Shown in pieces: positions 39,416-50,665 of a stretch of DNA of 64,000 bases. The stretch is from positions 1-64,000 of the forward strand of contig NIVC01002396.1 in assembly GCA_002269645.1 (NCBI GenBank), in the 5' to 3' direction. Both the position numbers and the translations under genes were made by a program. The notes under the pieces are model-generated. The model saw only the letters and a list, made by a program, of their open reading frames with translations. It searched no databases and was not told the origin of the DNA. This stretch comes from Macrostomum lignano. Its lineage: Eukaryota. The number at the start of each line of letters is the position of its first letter. Within the stretch, counting starts at the first letter, position 1.

Positions 39416-42400
39416 GTAAGTCAATAGCTTAAATTTTCCTCATGGTTCCCATTGCTGGATCCGTTAAAAATATATTAAAAAGGCAATTAATTATTAGAAA
39501 ATTCCCCGCGGTCAAATTAACGTCACGATAATTGAAAGTTTCAAAGCACAACAAAAGCTACACGAACGCGTAGTTTGGAGCCCGACTGCGCAGATGCGGT
39601 TCAAAGCAATAATAATGGCCGCTCCGCAGTACTGTAGTAGGTTATTGGATACAGCTCCGGCCTATACACTGTTGCAGTTAGCTTTTTTTAAGTTTGCAGT
39701 TTATTTTTTATTTGAATACACAAGAGTTTTTGGCCACTATAGAGTTGAATATAATTAGAGTGTATAATTGATATTGCCAATAGCTTAATTGCAACGACGC
39801 AGCTCGGTAAACGCTAAATTCGGAGTTATTATTCCTTTCTCTATAAAGTAGCCCCTATTAGTCGGATGACGTGCTTTGTGTATGTGTGTGTATATATATA
39901 TTTATATATAGTGGGACCCCGGACTTGCGCAAATGAGCTGAATTCGCCTTTCATTCTGATTGAGACCAGCTATTAACTCGGGTCGTTTAACCCCCGCGCC
40001 AGCAGCAGCTATAGTATCCTTGCTTAGGGTAAGTTTTAATTAAAGCTATTAAAATCTATTGAGCTTTGGCTCATTGATGTTTTCTACAGCTCAGCAATGT
40101 AGGCATCTGTTGATAAGCTGGATTTCTTCTTGTTCACAAGATAGAGAGAGAGAGTGAGAGTGTGAACTAATCTTCAGTAAGCTAACAGGCAGCACTGTGA
40201 ACGACTTTAAATGCTACATTCAGAAGCAAATGATATAGCTAGCTAGCAACCAAGACCTCGCATGAAGAGAAATCAACACTATAGGAAAGAAGCGAATCTG
40301 CAAAATGTCACCCAAGCCCGAAAATGCCTAATTTGTATCCATGCCTTGTAGCGCTTTGACAAAAGGAACAACTCGGCTACACAGCTATATCTCTCTGTAA
40401 GATCAACAAGAAAAATGCACAGCAATTATAAAAATGTTATTCCTCGTGCTAAGTGTATAGTATTTAGCCACAAGATCCCGGCGGGTCCTTATCTATGAAT
40501 AGTTCTGTCGAGTTGCGACCGGAAGTGCTTGAGCATGGAGTCTGACTGGGGCTGTTCAACATCATTTTCTCCTCAAATTTAAATTGATTTTTTCGAGCAC
40601 AGGTTTGAGACTAATGAGGCGGCCACCTGCTGTGGATTCAGCCTCAATTGCAGCCTCTTCGCTTTGCATCGTCAAAGTGTCAAAAAAAAATTTGTTGAGA
40701 AATCGACAACATCAAAGCGGTGAAATTCCGTTGCTGAAGAGAGGCATTGAATCGATACAGCTGGGCCCCGGCAGTAGACGCGTGGGCCCTCTTTACTTTT
40801 GGTGACGCAACCGAAATCGTGGATGAATATTCGGTTACCCGCATGTCGCAATGAGAAGTTGAAAAAATAGCACAGTAAATCTCCTCTTCCCAAGCCCGTC
40901 GTGGATTCCCTGCTTCCGCGCTCTGGCATAACAATAAATCTAACCATTTTTTATATCGATTTTTTGATCATTGCGTCTCATAAAAAGCAACAATAATTTG
41001 GCACTTCAGCACAGATAATTGGCAGTTTCCAACTGGAGAGCTGCTCTATGGAATGTTACTTTGCATAGCAGAGAGCGGTATGCGGTTGAGTTTATTGATG
41101 AGGTTTTGAATTCATTAACAGATGGGAATCTGCAGGTCTGAGAGCGGAGAGAATTGGGGGAAAAGACATGCTGGGGCGAGGGGCATAATTATGTTGCAAA
41201 CTATCAGTTCACGCATGATCTGTGTATCCAGGGCGCCTGGCAACCAGCACGGCGTTCGGCTCACTTTCCAGTTCCTTGAAGTGGTCTCACAGATCTTGCA
41301 ACCACGTCTGGGATAATCTCTTTCGGCCTTTTTCTCCCTATAGCGCTATTCCGCTGGTTCCGCCCAACGCTCCGCCCCTTGTGGCGCTTTCCCTTGGCTG
41401 CTGCTGAGCATTGGAGTATTTGCTATTCGATAGATTTGTCTCAATATTTGCCCCAGGGCGTCTAAGGGTGTCTGAGCTGCGATGCTGAACGGTGCTTGAT
41501 GCGATATTGATGCGGAATATCATGCCAGGCAAGAGGGCGCATTGCCATGATAGACGCATTAGAAACTAAAGCAATCTTTCTATGGCAAAACCCTCTGTCT
41601 ATGCAAAGAAGCTCGATCAACTTGCGAGTGCAGCTCAACCTAAACGCTCGCACTTGCTTCATCAAGAAGTCTGAAGTCCAGAAAGTAAGATTTTTAGGGA
41701 ATTTGGTGCTAAAAAATCTTTTAATAACTGCATAAAAATGAAACGTCATGTTCTTTCACTATCAGTGGTAATTCCAATTTTCTTATTTATAATTTTTTGA
41801 GCTAGAAGTCGGTGCCTTAGCTTGAGTTTTACAATACCAAGGGTAGTAGATCTTCCTTGTCCTCTTGAACATCGAGTGACATTTGATGCTGACCGCTTAG
41901 TTCTTGCAGACTCTTGAAGAATCAGCAACTTTGTTAGTAGAAAATGTTCACTACTTGCACAATAAAAATTCACCTGCTATGGAAAGCGCTGGCCAAACTA
42001 ACAGGTGACAGCCTTGGCTCTCTATAAAAACATCGACGCCACCAAGCTCTCGCCATTGATGACGACAGCTTTGGTCAAATTCGCCCGGACGCCAAGTGTT
42101 CCCGAACTGTCACATCCGCATGGGCGAGTCCCCACCCCCACCCCTGTGTCAACAGAGTGCCGCCGACCGTCCGGGATATTACAATAATTTTTGCTCGATA
42201 TGTAGGCCACACCGGACAATGCGTGCCAGAGAAGCTGTTTGGCATGCACGGACTTCTCTCTGGGCGAGTGGGTCAGAAAAATAAACTGACATTTCTGCGA
42301 CACGCGGTTGTCGGTCAGCTGCTTTCAGAAATTCCTCAGCCAGTGTTGCCTTTTTTACTCGGCACATATCCGACCGTAATGTTTTCGTTTGACATTTTGT

Positions 42401-42701
42401 TCTCCGCTCAATTTCATGTTATTATTTTTCTACCGAATCCCAGCGTTGCAAAAAAATATGCTGGTATATCTGGACTGGGGAATCTGCTTTACTTGAACTG
42501 ACCACTTGCGAAACCGTTCCGTAGCTTCGGCTGCATTGAAATAACATAAGGAAATTCGACTGAAAGTGATAGCTTTTCTCCCAGCTTAGGGGTATCGGCA
42601 TAGTGATGAGTCTTTTCTGTAATGACGCCAAATTAACGCCAGTTCTGAGTCATTTCCTTGAAATTTGCGTGAAAGTTAAGTTGGCTAGTGAGTTCGCATC
42701 A

Positions 42702-43245
42702 AGGCACATCAAGACACAACAAAGCACATCAAGACACATCAAGACACATTAAGACACATCAAGACACATCAAGGCACATCAAGGCACATCAAGGCACATC
42801 AAGCACATCAAGGCACATCAAGGCACATCAAGGCACATCAAGGCACATCAAGACACATCAAGGCACATCAAGAAACATCAAGGCACATCAAGACACATCA
42901 AGACACAACAAAGCACATCAAGACACATCAAGACACATTAAGACACATCAAGACACATCAAGGCACATCAAGGCACATCAAGGCACATCAAGACACATCA
43001 AGACACAACAAAGCACATCAAGACACATCAAGACACATTAAGACACATCAAGACACATCAAGGCACATCAAGGCACATCAAGGCACATCAAGACACATCA
43101 AGGCACATCAAGGCACATCAAGGCACATCAAGGCACATCAAGGCACATCAAGACACATTAAGACACATCAAGGCACATCAAGGCACATCAAGGCACATCA
43201 AGGCACATCAAGGCACATCAAGACACATCCATCAAGGCACATCAA
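42702..43245. repeat. 10-bp minisatellite (AG[G/A]CACATCA)
   Basis: About 54 tandem copies. Confidence 0.92.
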
Positions 43246-44402
43246 GTTGTCACGTAGCAGCGAAGAGGCAAGCAAACAGGCTCATTCCGATGTACACAGG
43301 GTGTACATCGGTCCTGACTTTCTCATTGAAGATTCCACATCCAGCCTCATTGATTTCTTAGTCACCAACAGCCCCTTGGCTTGGCGATCTTCAAAACACG
43401 ACGCAAAATGTGAATTGTTGAAGGATTGTTGAATTTCACGCTCAGCATCGCAGACTAATCTAAGCCCCCGATCAAGGGGGTTGGCAAAGACTCGCAAGGA
43501 CCCGGCTGCTATGGGGGAAGTCGTTGGCATTGGGAGGTCTGGTGGGCGCTGGTCCGGAAAGGCGAGACGGCCAATTTCGGGACCGAAATGAGCGGGAAGA
43601 TCAAATCCCCACTGACGCTTGGCCCCCACTGCTCCCCCCTTGTCCATCTCGTCTTTCCACCCCCCCCCTTAAAGTAGCCTAGCGTTGGCGCCCTAGCAAA
43701 GCAGATGCAAATCAAAGTACTCAGAATTGCAATTTAGTTAGGGATTTTGCTTCAAAAATTTGATCCATCTAGGTGGACAAACTCTCATCAGGTTGTGGAT
43801 CTCAGGATAATCTCATGACGAGGAAATTGGATGACCCTTGAGCTCCCACTGGGGAAGGGGAGAAAGAAAGAAATTTGTTAGAAAGAAAGGCGAGAGGCCA
43901 ACAGAGTCTGAGCACAGTGGCAGGGAGCCCCCGGCTTCCCCGCCTCCGCAGCGGGGCCTGGTCACCCGAGACCCAACCTGGCAATTGACGCCATCAGGCG
44001 GCCAGCAGCCCCCGCCCCCGGTCCCACACAGCCAAGGAAGGAGTTACTCGCGAGTCCGAGACTCATTAGGAAGTTTAGGAGGGGAAAGGTTAGCCAAAGA
44101 GGGCCTGAGCAGGCATTAATGATCCAGCGAGAGAGAGGGGCAGCCGCTTTTTGGCTTCCAACGGGCCTGGGCAAGGGGATTTTTGATTGGGTCAATTTTA
44201 TTACCCGAGTGCGCCCGAGCCGTCTCTTCCTCAGGCAAACTGGCCAGGCAGCCAACCCCCATGGAGTAGGCGCTGCTTCCATATTCAAATTGCCTGATTT
44301 CGAGGGCTGCTACAGTCCAGAGTTGTTTAATGCAACTAGAATTGTGTTTTTGTAGATATTGAGTTTATTTAACTCGGAGCGATTGGAGATTATCACTAGG
44401 AA

Positions 44403-44592
44403 CTGCGTCGGGGTGTCAGGGATTGCATCGGGGTGTCAGAGATCGCATCGGGGTGTCAGAGACTGCATCGGGGTGTCAGACACTGCATCGAAGTGTCAGT
44501 GATCGCATCGGGTGTCAAGCTCTGCATCGGAGTGTCAGGGACTGCATCGGGGTGTCAGGGATCGCATCGGGGTGTCAGAGACTGCATCGGGT
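44403..44592. repeat. Degenerate 20-bp minisatellite (GACTGCATCGGGGTGTCAGA)
   Basis: About 9-10 copies. Confidence 0.8.
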
Positions 44593-45248
44593 GCTAGGAA
44601 TTGTAGCGGATTCTAGGAAATTTGAGACAGGATCCAAGTGAGCAAATCGTGCCAGCAAAAAAACGCGAGCTCTAACAAATTTAAGCCTCACTAAGAAAGA
44701 GATTCTCACCTGCTTCTTCCTGTGTAGTGCGTTCGATGAAGTGTGATTTCGTGAGAGTGGCGCAAGTGTTCGACAGCCTCTAACCAGTTAGTGCTTGTGG
44801 AGAGGGACGGGAAAGTGGAGGGAAAGGCGAGAGTGGAGGTTGAGTTTGCGGTAATTTCGACTCACCTGGGAGCTCGGAGAGCCGGTTGAATAAGGCTGCA
44901 GAGAAGGGATTAGATTGTGGGGGAGGGGTCGAAAATGGGATCTACAGGCCAAGGAGATCTATAGAAGCAGAAGCAGACTTGGACTAGCCCCTATTACAAG
45001 ACACCATAACTTGGTAGGGCTGACCCTAGGGCCCAGCTCGACCCTCAAAAATGCGACATAGAAAAGCCCAAGAAAGCCTATTTGAGCCCGAACTTCTATG
45101 CCAAATTGAAATGTTCTGTCAAGACCAAGGCGCTTGACTTACTTGACTTAGCTGCAGGGGGCGTCCGGCGGATGCAGCGAGGAGGCGGAGGAGACCGCCC
45201 ATTCCGCTAGCCCCTGGCGACCAACGACTTCCGTTGAAGTGGTGTCGC

Positions 45249-48200
45249 TCAGGGGGACCCGTCGGTCTCGCCTGCAGCGCGGTCCTCCTCACCGACGGTG
45301 GGGAAGAAATCAGCTCGTCCGGTGTCCCTGAGGTACCGGGCGAGCAGTGGGATGCTCTCGGGCCTGCAAACGTCGGAGAGAACCGGGTTTGGCCCGAGGT
45401 GAGTAAGCCTGGCCCTGGTGAAAACCGGGCAGTGGCAGATAAAATGCTCGGCGTTTTCACTGCCTGAGCGGCAGAAGGGGCACCGCTCCTCGGGTACTTG
45501 GCCCTGAAGGAAGCGGTGGCGAGAGAAGCAGCCATGCCCGGAGAGGGCCATGCTAACTGCTCTGAGGTCTCTGCGGTTGAGCCTGAGGAGGGCTCTACGC
45601 AGGAGAGGAGAGGGACAGGGGACGGCAGCACGGGATTGCCTACAATTCCGGGTGTCGTGCCACCTGCGGAGATGCTCGGAGTCAGCCCAGCGCTTAACGC
45701 GGGAATTGATCACCGAGGCGGGGATGGGGGCACCCGGGCCCGGCCCCAATAGCGCGCCGGCGGAGCCAGCCTTGGCCAGCAGGTCAGCGCGCTCGTTGCC
45801 GAGGAAGCCGGCGTGGCCCGGGATCCATCTGAGCTCCACCTGGTTGCCTAGCGCAAGCCCGTTGAGCTGGGTGTTGCAGTCCAGGACGGACCTGGAGCTG
45901 GCGGTGCTGCGGCAGAGGGCCCGAAGGGCTGCTTGGCTGTCAGAGTGAAAAATAAATTTCCGGCCGCTAAGCTGCCTTCGGCGCAGCTCTGCCGCGCAGG
46001 AGCTGATGGCAAGCACCTCGCTCTGAAAAACACTGGAGTTGAGCCCAGTGTGCTGGGAGTAGCTCCACACCACTTCTCCCTTGAAGAAGACGCAAGCTCC
46101 GAAGCCTGAAAGACCATGCCTCATAGAGCCGTCAGTGTAACAGTGGACTTCAGAGTCGCTCCAGCTGTCACTCGCCTCGTGTCGAGGCTGAATGGTGACC
46201 TTATACCTTTGGCTCAGGAGAAGGGTGGCTGGGATCGAGTCCGTGAGGATGTTGAGCCCGCCACACTCCTCGAGAGCCTTGAGGCAGAGGTCAGAGTGCG
46301 GGATAAGCGACCGCTTCTTAAAGGCCCGCACTTTCTTGAAGGCCACCCCAGCATCCAGAAGACGCCGGGTGCTCTTCGCCGCCTCTCCTTTGATATAAAT
46401 ATCCAAAGGAGGGGCGCAGAGGAAGGCATTCATGCCTTCAAAAGGAGTAGAGGGTGGAGCGCCCATAGTCATGCGGCAGGCTCTGCCCTGGATTTTGTAG
46501 AGAGCGTCGAGGTTGCTCTTGACGCTCAGGCCGCTAGCCCACACGAGGCTGGCGTAACTGATCGAGGGGCGGATGATGGCAGTGTAAATCCACCACAGCT
46601 TCCTGGGGGTGAGCCCCCAGGTGGTGCCCACGGCGCGCCTGATCTGAGCCAGTACAGCCAGGGCTTTTTTGGCTTTAGTTTGAATGTGCGGAGTCCAGTT
46701 AAGCCTGTGGTCCAGAGTGAGGCCCAGGCAGCGGACCTGCTTCTCCATGGAAATATTCTTTCCATAGAGGGTGAGGGGCTTAATGGTCCAGAGCAGTTTG
46801 TTGGTAAACATGACTGCTGTGGTTTTCGACTCTGAGAGTCTAAGGCCACATTGGTCTGCCCAACGCTCCGCTCGTCCCAGAAAGCCCTGCAGAAGGTCTC
46901 TGATGGTATCAACCGAGGGGCCCGCGCATATCGCGGTCACATCATCGGCATAGCCCACCTTGAGAATGGGGTCGTGGAGATCACTGCAAAGCAACTCATC
47001 CATGACCATGTTCCAGAGAACGGGGGTGAGAACGCCGCCCTGGGGGCCCCCTTTCAGGACAGGCACCGAAAGAGAGCTGCCGCTCAGGTGGGCCACAACA
47101 GTGCGGTTTCGGATCATGAACATGATCCACCGGACAAGGTGAGGGTGCGTGGCCCTGGATTCCAGGGCTCTGCAAAAGGCCTCGAAGATGACGTTGTCGA
47201 AGGCCCCCTCAATGTCCAGGAAAAGCGAGAGGGCAAAGCCGCTGCCAAGAACGGCCCTCTCCAGGAAGTCAACAATGACATGGAGAGCACTCTCGGTTGA
47301 CCTGCCCGCGCGGAAGGCGTGCTGGTTCTGCGAGAGTGGGAAGCGCTTCAGCTCGACCGAAAGTAGGCGCCAAAGCACCAGTCTCTCGAGGAGCTTGAGG
47401 CAGAAAGAAGTGAGGCTGATAGGCCTGAAGGCCTTCACCGATTGGTAGTCGCTCTTTCCAGGCTTGGGGATAAAGACCACCCGGGCCTCTCTCCATGCAA
47501 CTGGTACATAGCCCAGCTCCATACAAGCTCGAAGGAGACGACAGAGCAGGTCCAGGAAGCGGTGGTTTTTCACCGCCTCGTGCAAGAACGCTGGGTAGAT
47601 GCCGTCGGGCCCAGGCGCCTTGAACGGGTTAAAGGACCTTGCCGCTCTAATAATGCGGTCTTTGGTGATCATAGACTTTGCTAGGCCTTGCCCTCCCACT
47701 GTGTGGTCGGGCGGGCCCTGCTGAGTCGGAGATTTAGGGAAAAAACTGTTGAGCATGAGCTCTAGAGTCTCTTCCGAACTCTCTGTGACCGAGCCGTCAG
47801 GTCTCTTCACAACAGAGAGTTTAGAAAAACGGTCATTAGTGAGTGCCTTAACCACGCGGGCTACGGGGCGAGAGCCCTCAAGCCCTTCGCAATATTGGCG
47901 CCACTTGGCCGTCTTGGCCCTTCTGACTTGGCCCTTAAACTCGTGGATCGCACGGGTATAGGCCTCTCTGTCAGATGGGTCTTTGGTTTTGAGCGCTCGC
48001 CTTTGGAGGGTCCTGGCTCGGCGCCGAAGGGCCCCGAGCTCTGGGTTCCACCAGGGAGCAGATTTCTTGCCTTTATAGGCCTTTAGGGGGCAGGCTGCTT
48101 CAAAGGCAGTGGTGATCGCCCCGCCCAGGGAGGAGGCGAGATCGTCCACCACCTGGCAGTCAGAGAGGTCACTGGGGGGGTCAAGATCCCGAAGGCCGCG

Positions 48201-48953
48201 GCTCAGCTTCGAGCCAAAGGCGGCCCAATCGGTGTTTCTGACGTTCCGACTCCAAGTGACCTTAGGCTTTTGCTTGGTCGGCCCAATGCAAAAGCGGATA
48301 AAGCGGTGGTCCGAGAGCGAGTCCTCGTCCCACACTCGCCAGCCCGTAACTGCGGAAAGCAGTCCGGGTGAGGCGATGGTGGTGTCGATGACTTCGGCCC
48401 ACCGCCCATTATTGAACGTTGGTGCATTGCCCACGTTACAGAAGTTGAGGTTAGTGCTGCTGACATAGGCCAGCAGCTCCTCGCCTCTGCTATTGATGTT
48501 CTTGCTGCCCCAATGCAGGTGGTGTGCGTTCACATCCCCTGCAATGAGCAGCTCGAACCGATGGGACGCAGCATAGTCAGTAAGGTTGACTAACGCGTCG
48601 CAGACAACTGGGGCATCGCCCGGGAAATAGGCAGAAGCTACCAGCACAGGTTTATTGGGAATGAGGTTATTGATTTGAACAACACAGATGTCCCCAGTCG
48701 AGAGATCAGGTCTCATCCATGCCTCAAAAGCTTTTGCAGCAAAGACCAGAGATCTTGGGCGAGGCTGAGAGCCCGCCATGCAAAAACAGTGGTAGCCAGA
48801 TGGCACATTATTTGGCTTACCTTTAGTCATCCAGGGCTCCTGTACGAAGACCAGGCCCGGAAGCTGTTGCTCTGCCGTGCGCATCAGGTTGACCGACGCC
48901 GCCACGCAGTGCTGGGTGTTGATCTGCAGACACCAGGTAGTCGTTGGCATCAT
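45249..48953 (-). CDS. ORF2: APE endonuclease - reverse transcriptase - RNase H - CCHC finger, 1234 aa
   Basis: APE (LQINTQH, VFVQEPW, GDVNAHH, IDTT, LSDHRFI); RT (FRPISLTS, QHAFR, FLDIEGAFD, PQGGVLTP, GYADD); RNase H (YTDGS, VFQSEVLAI, SDSQAAL, WIPGH..GNERAD); CPFC...ENAEHFICHC. Confidence 0.95.
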   Translation of the reverse strand: MMPTTTWCLQINTQHCVAASVNLMRTAEQQLPGLVFVQEPWMTKGKPNNVPSGYHCFCMAGSQPRPRSLVFAAKAFEAWMRPDLSTGDICVVQINNLIPNKPVLVASAYFPGDAPVVCDALVNLTDYAASHRFELLIAGDVNAHHLHWGSKNINSRGEELLAYVSSTNLNFCNVGNAPTFNNGRWAEVIDTTIASPGLLSAVTGWRVWDEDSLSDHRFIRFCIGPTKQKPKVTWSRNVRNTDWAAFGSKLSRGLRDLDPPSDLSDCQVVDDLASSLGGAITTAFEAACPLKAYKGKKSAPWWNPELGALRRRARTLQRRALKTKDPSDREAYTRAIHEFKGQVRRAKTAKWRQYCEGLEGSRPVARVVKALTNDRFSKLSVVKRPDGSVTESSEETLELMLNSFFPKSPTQQGPPDHTVGGQGLAKSMITKDRIIRAARSFNPFKAPGPDGIYPAFLHEAVKNHRFLDLLCRLLRACMELGYVPVAWREARVVFIPKPGKSDYQSVKAFRPISLTSFCLKLLERLVLWRLLSVELKRFPLSQNQHAFRAGRSTESALHVIVDFLERAVLGSGFALSLFLDIEGAFDNVIFEAFCRALESRATHPHLVRWIMFMIRNRTVVAHLSGSSLSVPVLKGGPQGGVLTPVLWNMVMDELLCSDLHDPILKVGYADDVTAICAGPSVDTIRDLLQGFLGRAERWADQCGLRLSESKTTAVMFTNKLLWTIKPLTLYGKNISMEKQVRCLGLTLDHRLNWTPHIQTKAKKALAVLAQIRRAVGTTWGLTPRKLWWIYTAIIRPSISYASLVWASGLSVKSNLDALYKIQGRACRMTMGAPPSTPFEGMNAFLCAPPLDIYIKGEAAKSTRRLLDAGVAFKKVRAFKKRSLIPHSDLCLKALEECGGLNILTDSIPATLLLSQRYKVTIQPRHEASDSWSDSEVHCYTDGSMRHGLSGFGACVFFKGEVVWSYSQHTGLNSSVFQSEVLAISSCAAELRRRQLSGRKFIFHSDSQAALRALCRSTASSRSVLDCNTQLNGLALGNQVELRWIPGHAGFLGNERADLLAKAGSAGALLGPGPGAPIPASVINSRVKRWADSEHLRRWHDTRNCRQSRAAVPCPSPLLRRALLRLNRRDLRAVSMALSGHGCFSRHRFLQGQVPEERCPFCRSGSENAEHFICHCPVFTRARLTHLGPNPVLSDVCRPESIPLLARYLRDTGRADFFPTVGEEDRAAGETDGSP

Positions 48954-50665
48954 TGCAGATCGGATGTTGCAGCCGCCAGGAGTTCCTCCTCCTCCTCGGC
49001 GCTCACCGGCTTCGGGTCGGGGTCGCCGGTGTCCATGGGCTCTTCTTCAGCAAAAGGCCCCCGATTGGCCGGAAGGCAGTAGGCAGCGTTCGCCGCCCTT
49101 TGCCCACCATCCATGGGGTCCTCCGCCTCAGATTGGCCCAATGCCCTGGAGCAGCCAGCCGCCTGGGCAGGCGGGTCCGTCTCCAGTCGGCCCTGCCCCG
49201 AGGGGTTGGGCCCAGCTGGGACGTCCCCACCCTCCCTGGACGAACTGGTGCGCCTAGGCGTCCCGGCGACCTCTCGCCTCAGCTGGGAGATTTTGGCGGT
49301 ACGGACTGCCTCAGCTGCACGCTGGTACAGGCCGCGCCGCTTGGTGCTACGCGCCGGGCGTCGGTCGCCTCCGCCCTCAGCAGCGCGCTCAGCTTTGCCC
49401 GCGCGGCCGTGCTGCCGGGCAGGGCGGTTTGCTTTGGCAGTCTGAGCAGAGGCTTGCGCCTCGGCCCCGGCCGCCTCCGCATCCCGCCCGCCCTGCTCAC
49501 TGCCACGGGGAGGGTCGGCCTCGTAGGAGCGGATGCGCAGCTTCCAAAGGCCGACGTTGATGAAGCTGCCGTGTGGATAACGCCTCATCCAGGCGTCCGA
49601 CAGCCCCAGGATGGCTGTGAAGCCAGTGCCGTCGGTGCGCTTAAGGGTGTCATGCACCACTAGGCCCGCGGCGGGAAGCTCCCGGTTGACTGCTAGCAGT
49701 CCTTTCCGGAGCTCGTCAGCAGAGGTAACAACGCTCCTGGCCGGGACCCAGATTCGATGCCTCTTGGTCCGGGGGCGCTCGTCCTCTCTGCAGAAGGCTA
49801 GGTTGAGGTCCCAGCTCTGCTCGGGCAGCAGCTCAAGGAGCCGCCGACCCGAGTCAGCATCACTGGGCCAAATGAGAAGGCACGAGTCCCTCGTCGCATT
49901 CGAATGAATGTTCAGAGGCGTGCCCTTCAGAGTAAGCTTCCACAGGAGGCCATCAACGGCACTTCTCACCTGCTTCAGCTGATCGGGAGACAGGCGCGCG
50001 TCCTTTCCCAGGATGACAACCGCCGGTTGCCTCTTTGCCGCATCAGCGTAGGAGGCCCGGGGGTCAGTGGAGCTTTCTTCAGGTGGGCTGTCCACCCTCC
50101 CGGCTGCATCGGCCTCCCTATCCTGGGCAGGGGCTTCCGTGGGCTCGAGGCCCTCTTCCGCCACCGCCCCAGACTGGGAAGCTTCCGCTGCCGCGGGCCG
50201 TTGGCCCCTGGCACCGGTTTGGCTTCCGCCCTCCTTGGCCCGCCTCGCCTTGTTAAGTCGACGGCGGGCAGCTCCAGAGGTGGTGCTGCGTTTCTTAGCA
50301 GCTGGAGTAGCAGGTGTCTTCTCGGAGGCACCGCTCAGAGTTGGCTCCACGGGTCTCGCCGAGGCGTCCCCGATGGTAGCAGGTGGTATGGCCGAGGAGT
50401 CCACGGCCCCAGCCGAGGCCGGAGGCACTGTGTCATCCACAGCCGGTTTGTTACTTCGGTTAGAAGCCATTGGCTGGAAGTAAAAAGGTGGGACTTCCTG
50501 CAGAACACAGGCAAAGAGCCGCAAGGCCGCAACCCCAAACCAAGCGGCAGGCCCCCAAAAAGCAAAATACCACCCTGCGGGGGACCCAAAAGCGCAAGGG
50601 GAACCGTTAGCGACCAGACTACTCCCTGGCCAAGCGTCCATCAGCACGGAGTTACACTGGGACAT
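48950..50665 (-). CDS. ORF1 of the LOA-like element, 571 aa (DUF4780-like central domain)
   Basis: Long ORF 5' of ORF2. The central segment (LSPDQLKQVR...RIWVP...LLAVNREL...NVGLWKLRIR) resembles the ORF1 domain of LOA/R1 elements, with low-complexity flanks. Confidence 0.8.
   Translation of the reverse strand: MSQCNSVLMDAWPGSSLVANGSPCAFGSPAGWYFAFWGPAAWFGVAALRLFACVLQEVPPFYFQPMASNRSNKPAVDDTVPPASAGAVDSSAIPPATIGDASARPVEPTLSGASEKTPATPAAKKRSTTSGAARRRLNKARRAKEGGSQTGARGQRPAAAEASQSGAVAEEGLEPTEAPAQDREADAAGRVDSPPEESSTDPRASYADAAKRQPAVVILGKDARLSPDQLKQVRSAVDGLLWKLTLKGTPLNIHSNATRDSCLLIWPSDADSGRRLLELLPEQSWDLNLAFCREDERPRTKRHRIWVPARSVVTSADELRKGLLAVNRELPAAGLVVHDTLKRTDGTGFTAILGLSDAWMRRYPHGSFINVGLWKLRIRSYEADPPRGSEQGGRDAEAAGAEAQASAQTAKANRPARQHGRAGKAERAAEGGGDRRPARSTKRRGLYQRAAEAVRTAKISQLRREVAGTPRRTSSSREGGDVPAGPNPSGQGRLETDPPAQAAGCSRALGQSEAEDPMDGGQRAANAAYCLPANRGPFAEEEPMDTGDPDPKPVSAEEEEELLAAATSDLQ

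Noticed and set aside
41746-43647. Short minus-strand ORFs (42022-42303, 43282-43647) that look partly coding
   Set aside because: No motif I can assign; possibly decayed TE sequence. A tblastx or HMM search would be needed.
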